Below, one piece after another: positions 16,918 through 26,498 of a stretch of DNA of 64,000 nucleotides. Below the pieces are notes generated by a model. The model had not been told where the DNA came from and did not search any database. It saw only the letters and a program-made list of their open reading frames with translations. The stretch spans positions 140,634 to 204,633 of IMG/VR virus record IMGVR_UViG_3300033977_000108; one strand, given 5' to 3'. Within the stretch, counting starts at the first letter, position 1. Each line of letters begins with the position of its first letter. Position numbers and translations under genes: made by a program.

Positions 16918-19900
16918 AAGACCCTCTCATTCAGCAGCTCTTCGGTACCAAAGTCCAGGTTCTGCGTTATCTCCAGGTCTTCTCCAGCCTCTCTGAAGAA
17001 ATCCAGGATGTGGGACCTGTCATCCAGCACGCGATTTACAAACCAGCGTATGTCCAGCGCGCTCGCCCTGACATTGATTACCTTGCGGTCCAATGCCTGC
17101 TCGGCAGCCGCCACTTTGGCATAAAAGGTATTGTAAACATGGTCATCAACTGTATTCTCCATCACAAGCAAATAGACATCACAGAACCTCTCCTCCTTCG
17201 TCGGTGTCATTACTCGGCTCCACGCCTGCGCCTGTAGCCCAGGCTGCCATAGCAAGTCGGTACAAATCACTGATTTGGCAGCAGATAAGTCAACACCCTC
17301 TCTTATTTCCATCGTACCGGCTATCCAAAGATGTCTCTCTGGGTCGTCGCGGAAAGTGTCAAACGCTTCCCTGCGCTCTTCATCATTCCAGCTACCATCA
17401 AAGACGATGGGATTATAGCTAGCGAACTCTTTGGCAAGGGACTCCCTCATGGCTATAAAGCCGGATAGGATAACTATTTTCTCCCCTGCCATGGTTCTTT
17501 CCAGTACTATTCTCTTTATGTCGTCCATTTTGCCGCCGCCAGGCGGGCCGTGGTAAATAGGAGCCCTTGGCGGTTTCATCTTGGCCAGTACTTTATTGAA
17601 GTGTTCTGGGCAGGTAGCCGCGATGCGCATCTTGCTCATCTGCGAAATGACCATGGCGGGATTCACCAGATGGTGCTGTTGGGCGGCCTGCTGGGACAGC
17701 GTATTGAATTCTGTCTCAAACTGATTGATAGAAGATACAACCAGAGCCGCTTGTAAGGGATGCATCTTGGAGGCTACCCGATGCATTCTCGGCTTTGGTA
17801 TGTGCAAGCCCAGCCTCTCCAGTGAGGACAGTACCAGCGGGTCTTCGTAACTTCTGCGCACCATCTTGGGTGCCATCAATTCCCAGAACTTGATCGGATT
17901 CTTCAGATATGGCAGCATCTTGCGGCTGTCTTTCAGCCCGCCGCGCTTATAGACCACATACTCGCAGAATTCATTATAGAAATCCGTGGCGCCGGCCGTT
18001 CCTTGATAGGGGAATGAAGCGGAGCCACCCTTGAAAATCCAGTGTAGCGGCCAATAGGCATCCGAGGGCGTATTCGGCATCAAAGTGCCCGTCATGCCCA
18101 GATGATGCTTGCCTCGGAATGTGCGTATTGCCTTCCCTACATCGCTTCCCTCCGATTTTATGGTATGAACTTCATCTACGATGACGGTGGGAAACCTATC
18201 CTTTATTCTGCGATAGACTGGGGGCACCCAGACACTATCTACCAATCCACACTCGCGGCACATGCGGCCTTTTATTGCTCTCGGATCGCAGTTCCTATGG
18301 ACTTTTAGATTCAAGTCGCTCCATACATTCAGCTGCTTTGTCGTAGTCGTTTGCTTCAACTCAAAGCCTTTGGATTCAATGATTTTCTTGGATCGCCAGG
18401 CTGCTCCTCTCATTCGCCGGTTATCATATCTGCGAACACAGGCGGGATTTACGCACATGTACCCAAAGTTCCCGGCTTCTTCATGCCCCTTTACCGGCGC
18501 CTTATGAAACTCCAGCGGCATCTTCATCAGCAGATTCTTCTGCCCGGTGAGGGGGTCTTCGGAGATTAGTTTTGGCACATAAGGCCAAACCAAGGTGGAG
18601 CCGCAGTGCGGGCACTTGTGCTCATTTAGCACATCAGTCTTACCTTCCGTAAATCTAAAGCGTAGATAACCTCTGCGTGCCTTCCTGTCCTTCTTTCCGG
18701 CGTCGTCCACGCCTCGGCCGGCTTGCCGCGGGCCGCCCTTGATCCAGGAGTAAGTCATCAAGTAAATCTTCCCTGGCTTCTTCAAGTCTGCCAGACTATC
18801 TACTATGACATACTGTCCGAAGTATGGCAACACCTTGCTCAAGGCGTCCAAGTCCTTCTTCGTGAAGATTCTGGCATTCCTTGGGCCTATCCAGGCGCAC
18901 TTGTCCGAGCCCCACAACCAGGTCAGCACAGCAGATTCTCTGGTCTTCCCTTGTCTCATTGGCTTTAGGTCGGCCGCATTATCCTTAGTGGCCATCTGCG
19001 GGACATCAACATGGGAGTGGTCAAACAGGGCATCACCAAATACCTCCAGCTTTTCAGTGTAGTAGTTTATTAGTTCCGGGTATTTTGCAGGCACGCACTT
19101 CTTCGGGTCGTAGATTACCCTTTCGTCATAGGCGAAGTAGGTCTCCAGCGGAGTAGCGTTTTCATGGAAAGTCGTCCATTCAAATACGCTGGGTCCGCTG
19201 ATAACCAGCTTTATGTTGGGGCGGATTGGCTCACGGAAAATCTTCACAATGCCATCCTGTCCGCTGCGTGAAGTATCTACTACTTGGTATCTCTCGCCCT
19301 TCTGAAAGATAAGCTCTTTGGCGGCTTGCTTGTGCTGTCCGGCATGCCCTTGATAGCCACTGTGTCCCGTGGGACCTTCCGGGGGTACATAGGTCGGTTC
19401 GGCTACAAAGTCGGCTTTGCAAGTAAGCACCATCCCGGCTTCCACTTTGTCGAATAGAGGCCTTGTATCTTTGTATTCTGGCAAGAGGTAAGGCGTATTT
19501 TCTCTTTCCAGTCGCCTCTTCTCTTTCTTTAGCCAGTTGCCCAGGGTCGTGGATAGATTTACTTCTAAGCCATAGCTTTCCAATAACCTGGCTATTGGAT
19601 GCTTGTTTAGTTCGGCATCTATTAGCATCCAAGCTCGGCTCTGTAAGGTCAGTTTTCTATGGCTAATGTCAGATAAGATTTGCAGTTCAAGCTCGTCGTC
19701 TGGTTTATCAGGATCCGGGCGCTCTATTAGCAGCGCATGCAGTTCTTGGAGCAGCAAAGCCGACATTACATCATTGGGAGAGATAACTATACGGCTGCCG
19801 CCTTTGTGTAGCGTCACGGAAGGCTTCTCTACCAATGCTAACGGCTGTATGATCTTCTGTTTCTTGGCCTTACTATGTATCACTGGGTCCTGCTTCTTGG

Positions 19901-19964
19901 CTGCTTGTTCTCCTGGGAACAAATCAGCCATCAGGGATAGCTGTCCTTTTATCTCCTTCTTCAT
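16914..19964 (-). CDS. SNF2-like superfamily 2 helicase/translocase with Zn-finger insertion
   Basis: MRQGKT (motif I), IVDEVH (II), MTGTLMPN (III), EGVDL (V), QAWSR (VI). Confidence 0.85.
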   Translation of the reverse strand: MKKEIKGQLSLMADLFPGEQAAKKQDPVIHSKAKKQKIIQPLALVEKPSVTLHKGGSRIVISPNDVMSALLLQELHALLIERPDPDKPDDELELQILSDISHRKLTLQSRAWMLIDAELNKHPIARLLESYGLEVNLSTTLGNWLKKEKRRLERENTPYLLPEYKDTRPLFDKVEAGMVLTCKADFVAEPTYVPPEGPTGHSGYQGHAGQHKQAAKELIFQKGERYQVVDTSRSGQDGIVKIFREPIRPNIKLVISGPSVFEWTTFHENATPLETYFAYDERVIYDPKKCVPAKYPELINYYTEKLEVFGDALFDHSHVDVPQMATKDNAADLKPMRQGKTRESAVLTWLWGSDKCAWIGPRNARIFTKKDLDALSKVLPYFGQYVIVDSLADLKKPGKIYLMTYSWIKGGPRQAGRGVDDAGKKDRKARRGYLRFRFTEGKTDVLNEHKCPHCGSTLVWPYVPKLISEDPLTGQKNLLMKMPLEFHKAPVKGHEEAGNFGYMCVNPACVRRYDNRRMRGAAWRSKKIIESKGFELKQTTTTKQLNVWSDLNLKVHRNCDPRAIKGRMCRECGLVDSVWVPPVYRRIKDRFPTVIVDEVHTIKSEGSDVGKAIRTFRGKHHLGMTGTLMPNTPSDAYWPLHWIFKGGSASFPYQGTAGATDFYNEFCEYVVYKRGGLKDSRKMLPYLKNPIKFWELMAPKMVRRSYEDPLVLSSLERLGLHIPKPRMHRVASKMHPLQAALVVSSINQFETEFNTLSQQAAQQHHLVNPAMVISQMSKMRIAATCPEHFNKVLAKMKPPRAPIYHGPPGGGKMDDIKRIVLERTMAGEKIVILSGFIAMRESLAKEFASYNPIVFDGSWNDEERREAFDTFRDDPERHLWIAGTMEIREGVDLSAAKSVICTDLLWQPGLQAQAWSRVMTPTKEERFCDVYLLVMENTVDDHVYNTFYAKVAAAEQALDRKVINVRASALDIRWFVNRVLDDRSHILDFFREAGEDLEITQNLDFGTEELLNERVL

Positions 19965-20115
19965 TCTACATCAAGTCCCGGTCTTATGCTGAGCTTAAAA
20001 CCCAGACCACCGCGGGTCCGGGTAAAGTATAGATAAGCAATGTCCAGCAGCACTCCAACAGCTACGACGGCCATCATCCATCCTGATCTCCGTGCCCAAA
20101 TCAGCGCGGCACCTA

Positions 20116-20772
20116 TCACGCTGCCCTCCTGCGGAAACTTCTTGCCCACTTATTCTTGGCTTTCCATTTCAATTTGGCCGGCCGGGACATGCCTGTCCGG
20201 TCATAGAATAGTTTAGCTACATCATAGCCGCTGGACGGCTCGGTCATTGTGCGCTCTATCTCCGGTAACGGAAGACCCAGCTCCAGCTGTTGTCCTCTGC
20301 CTGCCTTCTTGCATCTGCGCTGCTTATTGGCTATGAAGCCATAGAGTTCATCGCAATAGTCCTCCACCAGAGCTTTCCTTTTGCGTTTCATTTTATCTAA
20401 GAACTCCGGCAGCTTGCAGAACTCGGCTAATCCTGATAGCTCATAATGTACATCAAAGCATAGCAGCTTCATTTCGTTATCAGAAAGCTTTTTGCTCTTC
20501 GTTGCGCGTTTCTTGCTATAGTAGACAACCTTTCGTGTCCTATCTCCCCAGGAATCAGGGTCGTACGAGCGGGCCCTGAATAAGTAGCAGTAAGCCTCCC
20601 AGAACTCCTGCGGAGTAATCGCATTCCCCAGCCCGAAGCATTGATAGCAATAAGTGGCGTCCTTTATCAGCATTAGCCACGGCAGCTTGCTCCGGTCGTA
20701 GTTCGCTGGCGCACCTTCAAGCAGGTTCAGTTCTTCCAGTTTAGGTATCGCTGTGCGGGTTTCGTCTGGCAA
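20116..20772 (-). CDS. hypothetical protein with QLELGL clamp-binding-like motif
   Basis: 218-aa ORF with GGAGG RBS. Confidence 0.65.
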   Translation of the reverse strand: MPDETRTAIPKLEELNLLEGAPANYDRSKLPWLMLIKDATYCYQCFGLGNAITPQEFWEAYCYLFRARSYDPDSWGDRTRKVVYYSKKRATKSKKLSDNEMKLLCFDVHYELSGLAEFCKLPEFLDKMKRKRKALVEDYCDELYGFIANKQRRCKKAGRGQQLELGLPLPEIERTMTEPSSGYDVAKLFYDRTGMSRPAKLKWKAKNKWARSFRRRAA

Positions 20773-21064
20773 GGATGTCTTTTTCCTCCTTGGTTAGTTT
20801 ATTCGTTGAATAAATCCTGAATGGTTCCGGCGGTTTCAAATACAGCCTCATCTTATTGCCCAGTTTCCTGTAAGTCTTGCGCCGTATGGCCGGCCGGACG
20901 ACTATCCATCCGAACGGCATCTCGACAGGCTCTCTTCTTATTAGGGCGGCTATCCAGGCATCGCGTACAACCTGAACGAATTTCCTGGACTTGCGCTTGG
21001 ACAGCCCAAGAGTGCTGGCCAGCCATAGCGTCCCCTTGAACTCACTTTTTCCAGTAGTCGGCAA
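20741..21064 (-). CDS. HU/IHF-like DNA-binding protein
   Basis: LSKRKSRKFVQVV...ALIRREPVEMPFGWIVVR resembles HU helix 2 and the first beta strands; very basic. Confidence 0.5.
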   Translation of the reverse strand: MPTTGKSEFKGTLWLASTLGLSKRKSRKFVQVVRDAWIAALIRREPVEMPFGWIVVRPAIRRKTYRKLGNKMRLYLKPPEPFRIYSTNKLTKEEKDILARRNPHSDT

Positions 21065-21610
21065 TGGTGACCTCCGTCTCGCCTTTTATAGTTTTGATGG
21101 TGTCGTGATAGACGGCATCCATACACCCTTTCACTATGGCCGCCACTGGCTCGGCATGATCTTCTCTGGCATGTACTATGATTTCATCATGTACGCAGGC
21201 GAGTAGATGGGCTTCGTAGATACGGGGCTTCCTTAGGTCTCCACCGTGTAAAGCCAGGCTAATCATAGACATAGCCCGCTTCAGCATGTCTACGCACTCG
21301 CCTTGGATGGGCTGATTGCCAGCCCAGCGGCCTACCTGTGCTCTCTTGGCTTCCTTATCGGGGTCATCCTGGTCTATCTTGCGGTAGAACCGCTTCCTGC
21401 CGCGCCGTGTGGTAGAATACCAGAACTTCAATGCCATTGCCTTCTGGTCGTCCAGCCACTTACGGAGTTTGAAGGCTTTGGCGAACCATCTATCAATAAG
21501 CTCGCCGGCTTTATCATTGGTCATCCAGGCGGGATTAGGCTCGCCATTGGGCAGGAATTGCTTCTTGCCGCGATTGGCAAGTGCGGCTACGCGGGGAGCT
21601 TTGGCGCCAT
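21042..21610 (-). CDS. polA: DNA polymerase A C-terminal subunit, exon 2 (end of motif B through motif C)
   Basis: After splicing reads (Y)GAKAPRV...AGNQPIQG...MLKRAM...VHDEI (motif C). Confidence 0.88.
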
Positions 21611-22275
21611 CAATATGTTACGATAGAACCGCATCCGTTCTATCTCTCTATGTTCCCATAGAGTTCAGACCATATCATTGCCCAATTGCTTGGGCACCAG
21701 GCGTTTCGGGAGCGCTGCTCCCTACTCCCTTGCGGGATGGTCGTTGCGCCTTCGGAAGATTATCCTGGCAGTGATGTTCTCGTCTGTGGCATTTTACGCA
21801 TAACAACTCAAAGTTGTTATCCGTGTTATTGGTGCGGTCATGGTCTCTATGGTGAACATTCCATTGGGCATGGCTCGCATCCTGCAGGTCCTTGCCGCAG
21901 CGTTCGCAATAACGTCGCTCTGCCTTTATTTGACGTCTTCTTCGCATAAAGTAGCGTATGCCTGTCTTATATTGCGAATCATCCTGCCCGATATCATTGG
22001 TACCGCCACTCCCTACATTTATTATGTGCCCCTGCCTTAATCTATACGCCTTCATTACTCGTCTCATTGTCTCTCTTTTATTGTCTTCTTTACAGAGCAC
22101 GCAGACTTTCTGAGCCGGGCCTGTTGGCGTATAGCTTTTGTAGCATCTGATACATATTCTCGTAGGAAACGATACCATAAATCCTCCGCTTGGTTCAGGA
22201 TTGTCCGTTCCGGACTTCCCCTGAGTTAACCTGGTTCTTCTATGCTTATTATAGCGTAGCCTCGTGTTTGAAAAC
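21611..22275 (-). mobile_element. group I self-splicing intron in polA motif B
   Basis: P1 CCTTGT/ACGAGG with U.G at the 5' splice site; P AACTCAGGGGAA, Q AATCCTGAACCAAGC, P7 GACCAT/ATGGTC, P9 CTCTATG-GGAA-CATAGAG, terminal G; removal restores TKNITFGVP-Y-GA in frame. Confidence 0.9.
21675..22178 (-). CDS. intron-encoded HNH homing endonuclease
   Basis: CERC...VHHRDHDRTNN...N..LLCVKCH; N-terminal CxxC..CxxC; GGAGG RBS. Confidence 0.88.
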   Translation of the reverse strand: MVSFPTRICIRCYKSYTPTGPAQKVCVLCKEDNKRETMRRVMKAYRLRQGHIINVGSGGTNDIGQDDSQYKTGIRYFMRRRRQIKAERRYCERCGKDLQDASHAQWNVHHRDHDRTNNTDNNFELLCVKCHRREHHCQDNLPKAQRPSRKGVGSSAPETPGAQAIGQ

Positions 22276-22654
22276 AAGGGACGCCAAATGTGATGTTCTT
22301 CGTCTGGCTCCGCAGCGTGACGAATTGGGCATGATCGGGATGGCTTTCGTCCTTATAGGCTTTGTAGAAGATGTCATAGCCAATACCTTCTATGTCGCTG
22401 GTCATAAAGCAATGGATGTCCTTATCCGAGTTCAGCGCATTAGTTAGCCAGGTGTCTCTTGAACAATCAGCCATACTCTTGATTTCTATCTGTGAATAGT
22501 CGGCATCCAGTATCTTCCATCCTGGCGCCGCGCGTATTGCTTCCCTGGTGCTGGGCACCCGCCAATAGATGGCATACCTGCCATTCTGGCGGGGGCCTTC
22601 AAGCCAGAACTCTTTCTTGCCTATGTTCCCGAGATACTTGCTTGGTGCTGCCAA
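22276..22654 (-). CDS. polA: DNA polymerase A C-terminal subunit, exon 1 (motif A and start of motif B)
   Basis: REAIRAAPGWKILDADYSQIE (motif A), DIH, RSQTKNITFGVP; own GGGAGG RBS and TTG start. Confidence 0.88.
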
Positions 22655-22905
22655 AGCGCCTCCCTGTCATACTTATAAACAAACTTCGCGCGCTCTACCC
22701 GGAACGGACCTACTTCGGCGAACTTGAGTTTGGGATCCAGTTCCAATTGGCGCTCCAGGCCGGTGAAGACAGCTTCGAGTTCCTTGCTCGTCGGCAGTGG
22801 CACAACTTTCTTCCCTGTGTGGTATATCACACGCCAGTTCTCCTCTTGGAGCCACACAAGGATGTAGTTCACGCACACCTTTTTCCTTCGGTACGTTTGT
22901 TTCAC
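22621..22905 (-). CDS. hypothetical protein between the polA halves
   Basis: 94-aa ORF coupled to both neighbours. Confidence 0.55.
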   Translation of the reverse strand: MKQTYRRKKVCVNYILVWLQEENWRVIYHTGKKVVPLPTSKELEAVFTGLERQLELDPKLKFAEVGPFRVERAKFVYKYDREALWQHQASISGT

Positions 22906-23174
22906 TAATCCTCTTCTGGTAGAAGCTCTCGTAATCTATCGCAGGCGGCGTCCCAACGATTTACATCGGCCTGTAGGGTGGCCTTTTGCTTGGCCACAAT
23001 GGTGGAGGCATCAAGCCCCTGGCTTAGATTGAATACTACATTGCTGAGGAAGGTACCAGCTAATCCTACTTCGCTAATAGCCTTCCTCAATCTGGGAGGA
23101 ATACTGTGGACTTTATAAGCTTTATTCTGTTGGGGCATCTTTCTTCTTGCCTGCCGGCGACCCAAATCCGACAT
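22905..23174 (-). CDS. hypothetical protein between the polA halves
   Basis: GGAGG RBS before MSDLG. Confidence 0.6.
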   Translation of the reverse strand: MSDLGRRQARRKMPQQNKAYKVHSIPPRLRKAISEVGLAGTFLSNVVFNLSQGLDASTIVAKQKATLQADVNRWDAACDRLRELLPEED

Positions 23175-23622
23175 GGCGTTCCTCCGTTTCGTTGTCGTCC
23201 TCAGTCTCAAAGAACCGGGTCAGGTCTCCTGAGCCACTGGCGACTGCTTCCATGTGGGCCTTCTCGGCTCTCATCATGTTGCGCTGATCGCGCCGCGTAA
23301 AGATAGACTCCAGCACTACTTGTCCTGTCTCATTTCTAAAGGGCATCCACTGCAGTTCCTGGGCAACCAGTGGGAAAACGCCAGCTGCCTGCTCCAGGAA
23401 TTCCGTTTGCAGTTTCACTGATTTGGCGGACGCCGCCAGTGCTTCAGAGCCAATCACCTGTGCATCGCGAAAGGCTCTATCAGCTGCACGCGCCGTCTTT
23501 ACTTCCAGGTCTCTGGCTATCTCCAGGTCGGCGAATAAATGTAGCAGCTTCTCTTTCTGTTCTAATTCCTTTATGTCATCCACGATTAGTTGGATGATCT
23601 TGAATGTTCGCTTAATTGCCAT
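23122..23622 (-). CDS. hypothetical protein between the polA halves
   Basis: 166-aa ORF overlapping the polA-N stop. Confidence 0.6.
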   Translation of the reverse strand: MAIKRTFKIIQLIVDDIKELEQKEKLLHLFADLEIARDLEVKTARAADRAFRDAQVIGSEALAASAKSVKLQTEFLEQAAGVFPLVAQELQWMPFRNETGQVVLESIFTRRDQRNMMRAEKAHMEAVASGSGDLTRFFETEDDNETEERHVGFGSPAGKKKDAPTE

Positions 23623-24991
23623 AGGGTTCTAACTCCAATCCTTTCAGCGCGTTGGCGCCAAGTGTCTCTACGACTTTGAGTTCTTCATCGGTAGGTTGCT
23701 CCCTGACATCCTCAGGTCTTGGTATCTGTTGAATGTCAGAGGCATACCTTCCTGTGGAGGTGCCTCGTCCTATTTGCCTCTTTGCCGTCGGCGTATCCCC
23801 AGAGCCCATTTGTTCCATGTGGGGTATCAGGGTGCCTAGAACGGGGTGCCGCTTATCCAGCAAGTTCTGTCCGTAGGTGGATGTTATCTTCTGGCATTCC
23901 GTGTATTCAGCCAGCAGTTGGGCTATTTCACTGTCCAGGGCGGCAAGGGTCTCCCTCTTTACATCCTTCAACTTTATGCCCATCAGTTCCAGGGCTTCCA
24001 GCTTTTGGGAGGGCGAGTCAAGGTCAAAGCTGTCTACTACCGGCATTATCGTCAATTGCTTTCGGCCTTTTAGGTTCAGGGCGTCGTTGTATAACTTGGT
24101 TACCGCCTCTTCTATTTCCTTCTGGCGCCGGACATAAGGAAGAATAGACAGCATTAGGATGTCCTCGTCCAGGCGTATGCCTGTTGCTGTTGCTCGCTCA
24201 CGGTATTCCTTTTCTACGACGCCTTCCATCTCGGCTGTAACATGTATCTGTAGGAATTCGTCTCTGGCGGCTCTGCCAAGGTTCCATTGGGAGAGTGCCT
24301 TTGTCTGCGCTTCATAGATGGGGAACAACAGGAAGACATCGCGCGCGGCATAATAGAGCATCTCTTTGGTGAATTTTCCAATGGCAGCAAAGTTAGCGAA
24401 GGAATCCCTTACCGTCTTGGTGATTATATAATGGGGTGGGTATTTCATTGCCAGGTCTTTGATGCTTACTCTTACGCCCGGGTAGCCGGCGGTGATAAGC
24501 TGCTCCGCCAACATAGTATCAAATAGCCTGCAAGTAGAGCCTCCCAACCGGATATTGTATTTCTGCAGCGCGAACTCATAGTCAAAGACAAGGTTCTGGC
24601 CTATCAATAAGGCCTTGTCGTTGCCTATCCTGGGCTCCAGGAATAAAGCTAACCCTGGGTCTATCAAGTAGATACATTCCGGTACGCCCCATTGAAGCAG
24701 GACTACTTCTGATGTGGCACCCAAAGGATCCAGGCCTTCTTTACCACCTGCCCCGCTGGTTTCACTATCGTAGCCGTGGATAGAAAACCGGTCCATGTAT
24801 TTGAAGATAGGGTCAAGATCCGTCGGCGAGTTGACAAGCAATAAGTGGTCGGACTCTACGACGCCCGGGTCAAAGTACTTGTCAAACCAATCCGGGCTGC
24901 CTATTACTTGATAGTTTATCTCTATCTTGCTCTCATAAGCAGCCACGTTTTCAAAGCCGGTGAGCTTCTTGTAGCTTTTGAAGCCTCTCAT
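23612..24991 (-). CDS. polA: DNA polymerase A N-terminal subunit (3'-5' exonuclease, thumb, up to TGR..QQIP)
   Basis: YDSETS (ExoI), GQNLVFD (ExoII), DTMLA, YAARD (ExoIII), STGRYASDIQQIP; stops before motif A. Confidence 0.88.
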   Translation of the reverse strand: MRGFKSYKKLTGFENVAAYESKIEINYQVIGSPDWFDKYFDPGVVESDHLLLVNSPTDLDPIFKYMDRFSIHGYDSETSGAGGKEGLDPLGATSEVVLLQWGVPECIYLIDPGLALFLEPRIGNDKALLIGQNLVFDYEFALQKYNIRLGGSTCRLFDTMLAEQLITAGYPGVRVSIKDLAMKYPPHYIITKTVRDSFANFAAIGKFTKEMLYYAARDVFLLFPIYEAQTKALSQWNLGRAARDEFLQIHVTAEMEGVVEKEYRERATATGIRLDEDILMLSILPYVRRQKEIEEAVTKLYNDALNLKGRKQLTIMPVVDSFDLDSPSQKLEALELMGIKLKDVKRETLAALDSEIAQLLAEYTECQKITSTYGQNLLDKRHPVLGTLIPHMEQMGSGDTPTAKRQIGRGTSTGRYASDIQQIPRPEDVREQPTDEELKVVETLGANALKGLELEPYGN

Positions 24992-25497
24992 CTTTTGGAC
25001 CTCCGCTTCTTTGATTTCGCTTTCTTGGACTTTTTGTAGCCTTCATAGTCCCACCCAAGAAATGTCTGCAGGTTCTTATACTCATAATCGGATAATGGCT
25101 CGGCTATCTTCATCGGGTCGTCGCTGATTTGGTCAGGCATGTCATTCAGTTCGGTGGGTCGGAGACCCATCTTGATGAGGGCTGCTGTGAAGATGTAGGC
25201 AATGGCATTCCACGCCAACTGGGAGGCGTGAGGTTCATTGCGTCGGCCGCATTTGAGCTTGGCCAAATGGCGCTCCATTGAATCAATGTATTGGCTCAAC
25301 GGCATGCCTTTCTCCCAGTTTCTAGCGTCATATTTAAGGGCACCGTCTTCCCAGATGCGGGAAATCATAAGTACTACCCAACCTGGTACAAGGTGCGGTG
25401 CGCCTTTGCCATACTGCATGTCTCGTTGGGCGCCTGTATTCCATACTTTCCTGATGCCTGAGTCTTCAAGGGCGTCTTGTTTCTTTGATTTCTTCAT
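24988..25497 (-). CDS. dATP/dGTP diphosphohydrolase-like protein (DUF5664, MazG-like)
   Basis: TGAQRD...KG...L.P...GALKY..RNWEKG...YIDSMERHL...H...AWN. Confidence 0.8.
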   Translation of the reverse strand: MKKSKKQDALEDSGIRKVWNTGAQRDMQYGKGAPHLVPGWVVLMISRIWEDGALKYDARNWEKGMPLSQYIDSMERHLAKLKCGRRNEPHASQLAWNAIAYIFTAALIKMGLRPTELNDMPDQISDDPMKIAEPLSDYEYKNLQTFLGWDYEGYKKSKKAKSKKRRSKR

Positions 25498-25988
25498 ATT
25501 ACCCTTTCTGGGAATAGCTCACAGACTTCCATAGCAAGCTTTGATGGCCGTTTTTTGCCGCGCCTCTTGGTGGCGGCTCCCGATTTGATAAAGAGATTGC
25601 GGGCATTGAACTCGTTCTTTACCCCGCTGATTGTGTTAGCTGGTTGATTGGCATCCATCCACGCATCCCAATCTATCACCACCGGCAGGGCTGCATCATT
25701 GCGTGCATCGTAGATGAAGAAGTTCCATCTTGGATACAGCCCTTTCCAATACCCTATACTCTCATAAGCGCTATCTTTGCCATCAATTATGTGTGGATCT
25801 GTACCAGAGTTGCCGGGGGTGCAATCGGATGACCAGAAGAATTGCGTGCGCCAAGGTAGCACCTCCATGCTAAAAGAATGCCCTACGGGGCCATACCATT
25901 GAGTATCTCCTGGCTTCTTTATCAGGACTATATAGCCTGCTAGCTTCTTTAGCTTTTCATTGCGGGTTTCCTTCTCTTTGTCAGTCAT
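25494..25988 (-). CDS. hypothetical protein
   Basis: Start refined to MTDKEK with GGAGG RBS. Confidence 0.6.
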   Translation of the reverse strand: MTDKEKETRNEKLKKLAGYIVLIKKPGDTQWYGPVGHSFSMEVLPWRTQFFWSSDCTPGNSGTDPHIIDGKDSAYESIGYWKGLYPRWNFFIYDARNDAALPVVIDWDAWMDANQPANTISGVKNEFNARNLFIKSGAATKRRGKKRPSKLAMEVCELFPERVI

Positions 25989-26055
25989 TATTCCTCCGCT
26001 GATCATATAACACTGTGCGGCTCGGCAGTACAGCCGATACCATTTCTCTGATGTT

Positions 26056-26496
26056 TCATGCCCCTGTGCTGCCATGGCCTTTATCTCCTCTGTCCGATGG
26101 TGAGAGCTCGGCTACCGGAACAATATCGCCGTCAAATACTGGGATAGGTACTATCTGTGCTATGCGAGTGCCTGGGTTCAGATATACCCATGCGTCGGAG
26201 AAGTTCAACAAGTCTATCAGTATCTCTCCGCGGTATCCGTTATCAACCACGCCGGCGACAACAGCAATCCCATATTTATGCGGTCCGCTGCTTCTATCTC
26301 GTACCAAGCCGCCCCAGCCCACTGGGAATTCCATGGCTATGTTAGTATGCGCCAAGGCAGTCTCGTGTGGAGGTATGATTACTTCTTCTGACAAAGTAAG
26401 GTCAAATCCTAGGTCTCCTTTGTATGATCTTGCGGGAAGGAAGGCATAGGTTTGTTCTTCGTCCGTTCCTGTAAACTTGACCTTAATGTTTAGCAT
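26056..26496 (-). CDS. dut: trimeric dUTPase
   Basis: GFDL, RSS, GVVDNGYRGEI, RIAQ, RGDKGHGSTG. Confidence 0.93.
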   Translation of the reverse strand: MLNIKVKFTGTDEEQTYAFLPARSYKGDLGFDLTLSEEVIIPPHETALAHTNIAMEFPVGWGGLVRDRSSGPHKYGIAVVAGVVDNGYRGEILIDLLNFSDAWVYLNPGTRIAQIVPIPVFDGDIVPVAELSPSDRGDKGHGSTGA

Positions 26497-26498
26497 TT

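Noticed and set aside
22655-23611. Second intron or split intein joining the polA halves
   Set aside because: No group I/II core or intein block motifs; the interval is filled by three coupled ORFs and polA-C has its own RBS
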